Both the position numbers and the translations under genes were made by a program. From Campylobacterales bacterium (GTDB taxonomy: Bacteria; Campylobacterota; Campylobacteria; Campylobacterales; Sulfurimonadaceae), in NCBI GenBank assembly GCA_026390135.1, contig JAPLGN010000041.1, positions 13,969-77,968 of the forward strand: a stretch of DNA of 64,000 nucleotides, read 5' to 3'. Below are positions 1-8,210 of this stretch, in pieces. The notes below the pieces were generated by a model that ran no database searches, was not told where the DNA came from, and saw nothing but the letters and a program-made list of their open reading frames with translations. Position 1 is the first letter of the stretch; every line of letters starts with the position of its first letter.

Positions 1-327
1 GCAAGGCTTAAAATGAGTGTTAGGTGTCATTGTAAGAAAGACGGGAGATGTAAAACCTTTATTTTCCGAAAACTTCTTAATACTATCAACGCGGTTTGAA
101 ACTTCCCCCAAATATCGGTTAGGATGAATATTAGCGCCCATTGAAATATCAAACAAAGAGAAAAAACTATTTTCACTAACAACAATATGATTATTTTTTA
201 GGAAATCTTTTTGATTTTTTAATTTTTGATCTATTGATTTTTTATCGAGAGGGGTAATATTGTATTTATGAGTGATATATTTTGATTTTACGCGGTAGAA
301 ATTGCCGTCTTTTTTGAATTCATTCAT
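1..327 (-). CDS. Rolling-circle replication endonuclease (HUH/gpA-like), N-terminal part; continues off the left edge
   Basis: Not in the ORF track (no stop in window). Manual translation from ATG at 327: MNEFKKDGNF...DQKLKNQKDFL...HPNRYLGEVSNRV...PVFLTMTPNTHFKPC. FLTMT resembles HUH motif I. Confidence 0.72.
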   Translation of the reverse strand, partial: MNEFKKDGNFYRVKSKYITHKYNITPLDKKSIDQKLKNQKDFLKNNHIVVSENSFFSLFDISMGANIHPNRYLGEVSNRVDSIKKFSENKGFTSPVFLTMTPNTHFKPC

Positions 328-442
328 TTGGCGAACAACTTTTTATAATGACACAAGAGCCGCCCGCTGAACGGTCGGCAAACGCTCCACGTGCTCCCCG
401 TCGTCGCTGAAGCGCTCCTAGTGTCCGCTCGTTTCGCTTTTT

Positions 443-2053
443 TCATTTTTTGCTGATCTGATCGTTGTAAAGTTTTTGATAATGTCCTAGAGCACCTAGA
501 TCCGTTTGAAGGGATGAAAGCGTTTTTGAGTCGTCAATGATGTAGGGGGTAATCACGAGAAGTAAATTATCTTTTTGAGTGATTGTTGATGAGTGTTGGA
601 AGAGCTTGCCGAGATAAGGAAGCTTAGAGAGGACCGGAACGCTATCATCGACGACACTATCATACTGTTTGACAAATCCGCCAAGAACAATCGTTTCACC
701 GTGATGGAGTATGCTTTCAGTTTTAATTTGCTGTTTACTTGTTACAGGTTGATTATTGGAATCGAGAACGGGAAGGATGTTTTCTAAAATCGCATCAATA
801 CTAAGAGTAAGTTTGTCTTTACTGGCCACGAGCGGTTTGATGGTGAGATTAAGACCAACGTCAGTGCGGTCAAGAGAATTAGATGTTCCCGCTGCACCAG
901 TTGTCGAACCTTTAAGAAACGAAAGAGATTTACCGACAACAACTTTGGACTCTTTATTGTTGAGGCAAAGAACGGAAGGGTCGGAAAGTGTTTTTGATAC
1001 TCCCTCACTTTGCAAAAGGTCAAGAGATGCGCCGATTGACAAAAGCTGATTTACATTTCCAAGCGACGCGGTGAGCTTGGTAAGAACCATACTATTAACG
1101 GGAGCAACAGAGCTTCCACCAAGATTACCAGCAAAAGTGAAAAAACTACTCGCACTAATGATTCCGCCGTCAAGTCCATATTTTACCCCTAGTTTTGAGC
1201 TTAGATCATTGTTTAATTCGAGAATACGCACTTGGATATAAACTTGATATTGTTCACGATCGAGATCGGAAATCATAGAGGGTACACGCTTGATTATTTC
1301 ATCATCCGCCAGGACAAAAAGTGTGTTAGAGTCCGCATTTATCGAGATTGTAATTTCTGATTTATTGTTATCACTGGAGAAAGTCGAACGGAGAGTTTGA
1401 GCAACGGAGTCCGCGCTAGAGTTCACCAAATGGAATGATTTAAACGTTTGATTTTTTGCTATTGGTTTTTTATCAATGTCGGTGATGAGACTTTGAATAA
1501 GTTTCATATTATCGGAAAAATCAGAGACAATAAGTGCGCCATTATCGGGAACACCGAAAGCGGAGCCCGCTGAGGATAAAAGAGATTTTACCCCCTCCAA
1601 TATTGGAAGCACGTTAGAATATTTAATGTGTATGACTTTAGTACCGAAGTCAGATGATGAGCGAGAGCCAAGATAAACGCTATCGTATTGCTTTAAATCT
1701 TTAGCATTTACAACGGTGTAATAAGAGCCGTTATTAACGAGAGCGTAACCGTTAAGTTCGAGGGCAGATTTTAAAAGAGATAAGACATTTTTAGATCGTA
1801 TGTCCATGTTTGAGAGATAATCGATAGAGCCATCAAGCTTACCCGATACGAGGATATTTTTGCCCAAAGATTTAGACGCGAGACGGATGAATTCATTAAG
1901 ACTCATACCGTCGAGAGTACTTACCATGGGTGGAGGGGGAAGCATTGAGATCATGGGGGTGTTGATAGAACATTTTGGAAAAGGAGCGGGTGCGATTAAT
2001 TCATTAGCATTAAGAAAAAAAGCAATTAACAACGTAAGAAGTATTTTTATCAT
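443..2053 (-). CDS. Phage secretin (pIV / GspD-like)
   Basis: Signal peptide, N0/N3-like domains, C-terminal secretin motifs (GETIVLGG, VPVLSKLPYLGKLF, LLLVITPYII). Confidence 0.93.
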   Translation of the reverse strand: MIKILLTLLIAFFLNANELIAPAPFPKCSINTPMISMLPPPPMVSTLDGMSLNEFIRLASKSLGKNILVSGKLDGSIDYLSNMDIRSKNVLSLLKSALELNGYALVNNGSYYTVVNAKDLKQYDSVYLGSRSSSDFGTKVIHIKYSNVLPILEGVKSLLSSAGSAFGVPDNGALIVSDFSDNMKLIQSLITDIDKKPIAKNQTFKSFHLVNSSADSVAQTLRSTFSSDNNKSEITISINADSNTLFVLADDEIIKRVPSMISDLDREQYQVYIQVRILELNNDLSSKLGVKYGLDGGIISASSFFTFAGNLGGSSVAPVNSMVLTKLTASLGNVNQLLSIGASLDLLQSEGVSKTLSDPSVLCLNNKESKVVVGKSLSFLKGSTTGAAGTSNSLDRTDVGLNLTIKPLVASKDKLTLSIDAILENILPVLDSNNQPVTSKQQIKTESILHHGETIVLGGFVKQYDSVVDDSVPVLSKLPYLGKLFQHSSTITQKDNLLLVITPYIIDDSKTLSSLQTDLGALGHYQKLYNDQISKK

Positions 2054-3180
2054 TGAGTGCCTCCAGCTGAATTGATAACATCACTAGGACTACCAAACAT
2101 TTGTTTTTGTCCTGATTTTTGCACCAGTGGGACATTCCACATTGAAAAATACTTGATTGAATCCGAAGGGATGGAGAAAAGGCGGTCATTATATTCAACA
2201 TCAAAAACACGAACTGTAGAACCTGCAAGCAGTTTGGAATCTATCATTTTTAACGCCTCCTCAAAATAAAGTTTAGGGATGTAATTGGTTTGATATGCTG
2301 AATCAATACGAGAGCATGAGGTATTGTCACAACGAACACGAAGGAGCATCGAGGAAGTAACTGGAGATTTTTTAACGGTAACGTTTCCATCATAAGGATT
2401 TACGATTTCATCATGTGGAGACACTTCTTTGTAGCCGTCAGGATGGGTACGTTTTTCAAGAGTATTGGTAAAATAATAAAACAACCCAATAACAAAAGCG
2501 AGAGCAGCTAAAGCGATAGCAATAAATTTATAAACGATTTTTTTTGGTTTATCAATCTCACCCGATTTATAAAGCTCATAAATTTTAGGATCGGTTTTTA
2601 TAGAAGATGAGGAAAATTTATTGTCTTTGTTAAATGGAATTGCAGAATAATGAATATAACGTAATGATGAATTGCTAAGCTGTTTAGATTGAGGTTGAGC
2701 TTCATAATAAATTTCTGTGTGCTCCATATATTCAGAATAAATCTGTTTTGGAGATTGAGCAATAATAACTAATCTAACTCTAAAATGACCGTGATAAGCA
2801 AAATACCAAGATAAAACGTCATCATACTTTTTGAGAAAAAGCGAAGCCTCATCAATAAAAATCATGCAATCGTTAATATTGTGATAATCTGCATATTTAT
2901 TAAGCTCAATATCTGATTTCTCAGCTATTGCCATATCATAAAGAACTTTCAATCTTTTATAAAATTCAGACCAAACAAGCTTATACGCGCGAGAAGAAGA
3001 ACCATGATCTAAAAACATTTTATTTACAAGCTCAAAATTAAAACCACCAATATTGGTAAGAATATTTTTAAATTTAGGAACAAAATCTTTATCTAGATCT
3101 CTAAGATAACCATCATGTAAATACCTAACAGCTCTATAAGTTTTACCCGTGCGAGGTTTACCAAAGAAAAAATCAATCAT
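2050..3180 (-). CDS. zot: Zot-like / pI morphogenesis ATPase
   Basis: N-terminal Walker A GKPRTGKT, Walker B IFIDEA, one TM segment (FIAIALAALAFVIGLFYYF); lies between pVI and the secretin. Confidence 0.9.
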   Translation of the reverse strand: MIDFFFGKPRTGKTYRAVRYLHDGYLRDLDKDFVPKFKNILTNIGGFNFELVNKMFLDHGSSSRAYKLVWSEFYKRLKVLYDMAIAEKSDIELNKYADYHNINDCMIFIDEASLFLKKYDDVLSWYFAYHGHFRVRLVIIAQSPKQIYSEYMEHTEIYYEAQPQSKQLSNSSLRYIHYSAIPFNKDNKFSSSSIKTDPKIYELYKSGEIDKPKKIVYKFIAIALAALAFVIGLFYYFTNTLEKRTHPDGYKEVSPHDEIVNPYDGNVTVKKSPVTSSMLLRVRCDNTSCSRIDSAYQTNYIPKLYFEEALKMIDSKLLAGSTVRVFDVEYNDRLFSIPSDSIKYFSMWNVPLVQKSGQKQMFGSPSDVINSAGGTQ

Positions 3181-3452
3181 GTCGAGCGAACAAAAGCAAG
3201 GACTTGTTTAACACCAAAGCCTGCAATTATGATAGTGAGATAAAGGCTAATAGCTTGCAAAACTCCAAAATACGAAGCAAGGACAAAAACAGAATTTTGC
3301 ACAACGTATGGACGAACTTGGTCAAACATGAAATTAAGAGCAAAAGCTACCAAGCCCGTAAAAATAGCAAAAATCATCATTTTTAAAACAAAAGGATGTT
3401 TAACCAAAAAGGCAAAAGCAGAACCTAAAAGAGTCCAAATTAAAGCTGGCAT
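3177..3452 (-). CDS. pVI-like minor coat protein
   Basis: 91 aa, almost wholly hydrophobic, between pIII and pI as in inoviruses. Confidence 0.75.
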   Translation of the reverse strand: MPALIWTLLGSAFAFLVKHPFVLKMMIFAIFTGLVAFALNFMFDQVRPYVVQNSVFVLASYFGVLQAISLYLTIIIAGFGVKQVLAFVRST

Positions 3453-3453
3453 A

Positions 3454-4926
3454 TCATACCCCCGAAACCACAGTAATTAAACCTGCAAGAGCTGCTATAA
3501 ATAAGAATAATGAACGAATAGCCGAAAAAGGCAAATGGTCGAGAGAAGCTTGATTGAATAAAACAAAGTTATGTCCTAACATATTAAAAGAAAAAGTAGG
3601 GACAGCATAAGAACCACCAAGAGCATTTAAACCAAGTGGATCGGTATAAAGAAAACCGTTAAAAGAACCTTTGACATCATTCTCTAAACCATTAAAACCG
3701 TCAGAACCGTCTTTTAATTCTGTATTTGATTTACCACTGCCATCAAAAAAAGCTTTGATTTGATCAAGCGTACTAGCAGTTTTTCCAGTATTATTTTTTA
3801 TCTCATTTAAAACGCCAGTATAATCGGGACCGTTACCAGTTGATCCGCCAGTACCCGAACCAGTGCCACCAGTGCCGGAAGTTGTAGAAGAAGAAACGAC
3901 AGAACCACCACCCGAACCGGAAACAGTAGGGGCGACGGTTGGATCATTTGGGGTTGTTGTTACTGTGCCGTCGGGGTTTTGAGTGACAGTAATAGGAGTT
4001 GTTTTTGTGGTAGTGATTGGATTTGAGCTAGTTGAACCTGCTTCATAAGTTGTGGTTGTTGCGGTATTTGTGCCGTAATCATAATTTGTTGTTTGAGTAC
4101 CATCAAGAGGAATAGGAGCAGTTAAAGTTCCCGTTGATACATCAACATATCCGGAATTTTTCATAGCATCTAAAGTTTGAGGAGGAACAGTTGTAACAGA
4201 ATCAACTTTACCAGTCGTAGTATTTGTAGAAGTAACAGCAGAACCGCCAGAAGTTGTTAAATTTATTTTAATACGTGTTTCACCACTAATAACATCAGGA
4301 GAAGGCGCAGAACTCCAATCAAATTTAGAACCAGCAGCAACAGCAAGAGAACCAACACCAGCAAGAGTGGCAAGAGTACCAACAGTAACAGCACCGACAG
4401 GAGTAGCAGAAAAAGCAGCAGCAGCTAAAACACCTGTACCGCTAAAAGTAATACCACCAATACTAAGCATAGCTCCAACAACAGCAGCAGGATCTTGAAA
4501 AATTTTTTTAATTGCTTGAGAACCAGTATTGCAAGAACCATCCGCAAAATAATAACCTCCAGCACCATTACAACCTGCTTGATTGCCTTGAAATCTAGTT
4601 AAATCATCAAGACCAGTTTTACAACCATCGGAGGGGACACAATCGACAGTTGGTTTAATATTATAAATTGCTCTAACATACGAACAATCATGATAAACTG
4701 GATCAGGTCCTGTTTGTGCAGTAATTAACATATAATTACCACCACAAAATAAATTTGGAGCAGTGCAACCGCTAGAAGAACCGCAAGTATCACAAATATA
4801 AGCAGAATCAGGCAAATCAGATTGACCAACATAAAACCAAGATTGACCAGACGGCAAAGTGCACATTTGTTCAGAAAACGCAGACGAAGCAAAAAGCAAA
4901 GAAGCCAATATTATTGATTTACGCAT
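3454..4926 (-). CDS. pIII-like receptor-binding/adsorption protein
   Basis: Signal peptide, Cys-rich N-terminus, Thr-rich and Gly/Ser-rich linker (GSGGGS...GTGGTGSGTGG), C-terminal TM anchor. Confidence 0.82.
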   Translation of the reverse strand: MRKSIILASLLFASSAFSEQMCTLPSGQSWFYVGQSDLPDSAYICDTCGSSSGCTAPNLFCGGNYMLITAQTGPDPVYHDCSYVRAIYNIKPTVDCVPSDGCKTGLDDLTRFQGNQAGCNGAGGYYFADGSCNTGSQAIKKIFQDPAAVVGAMLSIGGITFSGTGVLAAAAFSATPVGAVTVGTLATLAGVGSLAVAAGSKFDWSSAPSPDVISGETRIKINLTTSGGSAVTSTNTTTGKVDSVTTVPPQTLDAMKNSGYVDVSTGTLTAPIPLDGTQTTNYDYGTNTATTTTYEAGSTSSNPITTTKTTPITVTQNPDGTVTTTPNDPTVAPTVSGSGGGSVVSSSTTSGTGGTGSGTGGSTGNGPDYTGVLNEIKNNTGKTASTLDQIKAFFDGSGKSNTELKDGSDGFNGLENDVKGSFNGFLYTDPLGLNALGGSYAVPTFSFNMLGHNFVLFNQASLDHLPFSAIRSLFLFIAALAGLITVVSGV

Positions 4927-5077
4927 GATGAGAATCTTTTTTTAAAAGCCATTTTTGACGGCATTTTTCATCATATTCAGGAGTATAATAAAAATCAACG
5001 AGTTTATCAATACCTTTAAAGATGGCGTAAACGCTTATTAAGAACGATATGATTATCAGCATTAATAAGAGTTGCAT
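4919..5077 (-). CDS. Small membrane protein (52 aa), pVII/pIX-like or accessory
   Basis: Below the ORF-track cutoff. MQLLLMLIIISFLISVYAIFKGIDK...; its ATG overlaps the upstream stop (TAATG) and its stop overlaps the pIII start. Confidence 0.6.
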   Translation of the reverse strand: MQLLLMLIIISFLISVYAIFKGIDKLVDFYYTPEYDEKCRQKWLLKKDSHHA

Positions 5078-5208
5078 TATACGCGACCACGAAACATTGC
5101 CATTGCTGAAAAGCTTATGAAAAAAAGCAAATTTAAACTTGCGGTGATAGAAAAAAAGAAATCAAAAGCAGGATCACCCGTAATGGTGAAATTTAGAAAA
5201 GTGTTCAT
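5077..5208 (-). CDS. Small hydrophobic minor coat protein (43 aa), pVII/pIX-like
   Basis: Below the ORF-track cutoff. MNTFLNFTITGDPAFDFFFSITASLNLLFFISFSAMAMFRGRV; TAATG coupling at both ends. Confidence 0.7.
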   Translation of the reverse strand: MNTFLNFTITGDPAFDFFFSITASLNLLFFISFSAMAMFRGRV

Positions 5209-5405
5209 TATCTAGCCTTCCATAAAAACATACCAAAAGCGAAACCAGTTAAAGCACCAGCGATAGCCATTGCCAAAGCATAATCTTTTGTTGCCATATT
5301 CAAATTTGCAGCGCGTTGTGAAACTTGTGACATATCAACAAAAGCCGAAGCGTCAGAGATAAAAACCGCCCCTATCAAGAGAGCGAAAAGAGCGATTTTT
5401 TGCAT
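5208..5405 (-). CDS. Small coat-like protein with signal peptide and one TM helix
   Basis: 65 aa; signal ending ASA, TM ALAMAIAGALTGFAFGMFLW, basic C-terminus. Confidence 0.65.
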   Translation of the reverse strand: MQKIALFALLIGAVFISDASAFVDMSQVSQRAANLNMATKDYALAMAIAGALTGFAFGMFLWKAR

Positions 5406-5407
5406 AA

Positions 5408-5602
5408 TTATTTACCGCTCAAAAGACCGATAACTTTACGGAAACCGAAAATTACGACAATAAGACCGATGATAGCGATAACAACCGTTGTGACATCAGC
5501 CGAAGCAGTTGCCATGGAAACATTGGCAGGAGTTAAAGCAGCGAAAGCGTTTGTAGCAAGTAAACTAAAAACACTCAATAAAAGAAAAAGAAACTTTTTC
5601 AT
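5408..5602 (-). CDS. Major coat protein pVIII-like, copy 2
   Basis: 21 aa signal (AFA cleavage), amphipathic N-terminus, TM helix, basic C-terminus FRKVIGLLSGK. Confidence 0.85.
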   Translation of the reverse strand: MKKFLFLLLSVFSLLATNAFAALTPANVSMATASADVTTVVIAIIGLIVVIFGFRKVIGLLSGK

Positions 5603-5603
5603 G

Positions 5604-5798
5604 TTATTTACCGCTTAGAAGACCGATAACTTTACGGAATCCAAAGATAACAACAACAAGACCGATGATAGCGATAACAACCGTTGTGATGTCAGCAGAA
5701 GCAGAAGTCATAGAAACGTCAGCAGCAGTTAATGCAGCAGAAGCGTTAGTAGCAAGTAAACCAGCGGCAATTAAGCCAGCAATTACGTATTTTTTCAT
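5604..5798 (-). CDS. Major coat protein pVIII-like, copy 1
   Basis: Same architecture as 5408-5602; preceded by an AAGGA Shine-Dalgarno sequence. Confidence 0.87.
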   Translation of the reverse strand: MKKYVIAGLIAAGLLATNASAALTAADVSMTSASADITTVVIAIIGLVVVIFGFRKVIGLLSGK

Positions 5799-5887
5799 TT
5801 TGTCATCCTTGACAATATAAGATATTAGGGGAGTGCCTAAGCACCGACTTACACAGGATACTTAAAGGGTCGCCCGTAGCCCCTGAA

Positions 5888-6397
5888 TTATTTTTGTACT
5901 GGTTTTAATTTAGCTTCATACTCACGAATAAAATCGATAAGCTTGAAATCAGGGTGAACCATAACGTCAGTGGAATTTCTGTCAATGATGTATTTGCCTA
6001 CGTTTTGTTTATCTTGGTCACGGGTAGGGGACTCAGAGAGGACATTAAAAGTAAAAAACTGTTTACCCACGAAATGAGTATCAAAAAAGTCTTTAAAACG
6101 TGAGGCGCTAACGCCCTCCGTTGATTGCTTAGAAAACTTGATTTTAAGAGTTTTAATAGTGGCGTTATCACTCATAATTTCACCCGTTTCAGACACAGCA
6201 GAATAATTTGATTTATAATTTGCTACGAGCTGAAACCATGTGAAAGCTTTTTTGCCTCCAGTCGTTTTATCCTCTGTTTCGGATGTTGAACTATTAGCTT
6301 GCATAGGTAAAACTGTACGAACGGAAGTTGTAAGATACATATTTTCAGCCGAGAAAGGCAACTTTGCGTAATTGTTGAGGAGTTCTAAGGCTTCCAT
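5888..6397 (-). CDS. Putative ssDNA-binding (pV-position) protein
   Basis: Soluble 169 aa protein with beta-strand-like patterning, immediately upstream of the coat genes; positional call only. Confidence 0.45.
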   Translation of the reverse strand: MEALELLNNYAKLPFSAENMYLTTSVRTVLPMQANSSTSETEDKTTGGKKAFTWFQLVANYKSNYSAVSETGEIMSDNATIKTLKIKFSKQSTEGVSASRFKDFFDTHFVGKQFFTFNVLSESPTRDQDKQNVGKYIIDRNSTDVMVHPDFKLIDFIREYEAKLKPVQK

Positions 6398-6888
6398 GTT
6401 GTGACCCTTTAATTTTAAATTGCAGTATTATTTAACGTGTTTTATTAGAGGAAAATACAATTCCGCACAAAACAGCAGAAAAAATCACGAATTTAATTAA
6501 TTTTGTCATATTTTTATATATTTTTAGGTCGTTTTTCTTTTTTTAAGGGGGGCAGGGTGTTTTTTTGGGAGTTTCGCTAAAGCGAGCAGGCTTGAAAAAT
6601 TTATAAATAAATTTCGTGTACATGGTACACACCCAAAGGGTTCTAATCCTTAACTCAAAAGACAAAGAGCGGTTTTTTTAGCTAGACCAAGCGCTTCGAC
6701 AACGTTACGGCGAGAGGTTAATTTTTAGAGAGAAAGAGCGGACGTTAAAATGAAGGGGTTAAGTGCCAAAGGTGGGGAGTGTTTAGCCCTGCAAAAGAAC
6801 TGTTTATGCTTGAGAAGTGAGAGCGCAGTTAAGGGCGGTGAACTCCGTTCATGGTCAGGGTAAACCCTAACAACCCAAAGAAAATGAG

Positions 6889-7239
6889 CTATTTAGTGCG
6901 ATTTTTAATTTCCTTCATAAATCCATCATGGGGCGCAAAATCATGTTTTTCTATCCCTTGCAATTCAAGATCAGCAATAAAAAGTCTTATAATTGTCGGA
7001 TGATCGTAATATCTCATAAACATTCTAAAATAGTCAGGAGCATTAAAACGATAACCTTCTTTTTTGAATATTGAAGAAACTTTTTTTTGAGTTAGATCAA
7101 AAGCTTTTAATTCGTCAGGTGTTAAATAATACTTCACGTAAGAAGTACGAGCCGAACCCGTTTTAAAAGGTCGACCAAGTTTTGGATAACCCGAAAAATC
7201 GAAATTATCATCATCATCTATTATTATTTTATCAGCCAT
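6889..7239 (-). CDS. Phage hypothetical, possible DNA-binding regulator
   Basis: GRPFK motif followed by YVKYYLTPDEL (RHH/MobC-like pattern); GGAGG RBS before ATG at 7239. Confidence 0.5.
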   Translation of the reverse strand: MADKIIIDDDDNFDFSGYPKLGRPFKTGSARTSYVKYYLTPDELKAFDLTQKKVSSIFKKEGYRFNAPDYFRMFMRYYDHPTIIRLFIADLELQGIEKHDFAPHDGFMKEIKNRTK

Positions 7240-7240
7240 T

Positions 7241-7951
7241 TTATTCCCTCCCAATCAAGTCAAAAATATTTGTGCCAGTAGGTAAAACTTGATTATTTTG
7301 TGGATAACCCATTTTTACCCATTCAGAATAAGCGAAAATAGTCTTATCATGATTTTTATGTGCTGGATTATTAAAAGCGTCAAATATAGAAGCTTTAAAC
7401 ATTACGGGACTATGAACCTTTTTTGTAGAACGTAAAGCATAAGAAAGAAACAAATCAAAATCAGGATAAAGAGAATTTAAACGATCATAAATATCCAATT
7501 TATGAGATGGTGAAAATGACACGTAAGAAGTAGGGAGTAAATCAGTAATTATTAATTCTCTCTCTTCTTCATTTGCTTGGAATTCTTTATTACTAATACT
7601 TGGTCGAATTTCGACTAAGTGGATTTTCGGTTGACGCTTGGTCGATTTTCCACTAAGTCGATTTTCGACTAAGTGACTTTGAAAAGTATCAAATATCTCA
7701 TAATCATAGCCACCTTGAATGGGTAGACGAGACAATAAGCCAACATCCTCAAGCTCTTGTAAACCAGTATTTACAGAGGCAATAGCGTCCTTATTTTGTG
7801 TTGCAATCAACCGAGCGGAAAAGTTCCAGTTGTCAGGCTTAGAAAGCAAAAATAAATATAATCCTTTGGCTTTTAAAGTCAAATGTGTATCATTTACGAT
7901 ATTATTTGTTACAGTAGTAAAGTTATTTTTTGGCTTAATTAGTTTTGACAT
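7241..7951 (-). CDS. Winged-helix phage replication initiator (replisome-organiser / lambda O-type N-domain)
   Basis: N-terminal NNFTTVTNNIVND..LTLKAKGLYLFLLSKPDNWNF...LQELEDVGLL signature; internal iteron repeats. Confidence 0.72.
   Translation of the reverse strand: MSKLIKPKNNFTTVTNNIVNDTHLTLKAKGLYLFLLSKPDNWNFSARLIATQNKDAIASVNTGLQELEDVGLLSRLPIQGGYDYEIFDTFQSHLVENRLSGKSTKRQPKIHLVEIRPSISNKEFQANEEERELIITDLLPTSYVSFSPSHKLDIYDRLNSLYPDFDLFLSYALRSTKKVHSPVMFKASIFDAFNNPAHKNHDKTIFAYSEWVKMGYPQNNQVLPTGTNIFDLIGRE
7603..7675. repeat. Four 16-bp palindromic iteron-like repeats inside the initiator gene
   Basis: GTCGAATTTCGACTAA (7603), GTGGATTTTCGGTTGA (7619), GTCGATTTTCCACTAA (7641), GTCGATTTTCGACTAA (7657). 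Confidence 0.8.
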
Positions 7952-8154
7952 TTTGAAGCCTCCAAATAAGATTTAGCACGATTAACGACAATAGCGGACT
8001 TATATCGAGTAACTGGAAGAGTATCAACGATCAAGTTTAAATCATCTAAATCGTAAAAAAAGACAGATTTAACACCTATATTAGAAAAAACTTTAGAATA
8101 ATATCTAAAATCAACATTTAAGATTTTAAAGAATTCTTTTGCTGAAACTTGCAC
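7939..8154 (-). CDS. Small phage hypothetical protein
   Basis: 71 aa ORF overlapping the initiator start by 13 bp; first gene after the dif-like site. Confidence 0.55.
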   Translation of the reverse strand: MQVSAKEFFKILNVDFRYYSKVFSNIGVKSVFFYDLDDLNLIVDTLPVTRYKSAIVVNRAKSYLEASKCQN

Positions 8155-8210
8155 TTCATAAACCTTTTTAAAAAAGCAAAAGCCCTAAACAAGGGAACGA
8201 AACACCACCT

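Noticed and set aside
158-180. GAAAA-AACTA-TTTTCA resembling a Campylobacter/Helicobacter difH core
   Set aside because: The spacer is 5 bp rather than 6, it lies inside the Rep reading frame, and a far better dif exists at 8211-8238.
443-2053. Chromosomal type II secretion GspD
   Set aside because: No other gsp genes; it overlaps the Zot gene as phage pIV does.
593-2269. Short alternative-frame and antisense ORFs over the secretin/Zot genes (and similar ones across the window, e.g. 14311-16789, 58197-58682)
   Set aside because: They are shadows of well-supported genes, with no motifs or RBS support.
2050-3180. Zot as an enterotoxin / virulence factor
   Set aside because: The context is a complete inovirus morphogenesis module; nothing supports toxin activity.
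5408-5798. Repeated DNA that could be taken for a CRISPR array or DGR template/variable pair
   Set aside because: Both copies are intact coding genes, differences are not adenine-specific, and there is no reverse transcriptase or cas gene in the window.
6430-6457. ATTTAACGTGT, a partial inverted XerD arm that might mark a second junction
   Set aside because: Only a partial match on one arm, with no matching second arm, in AT-rich DNA.
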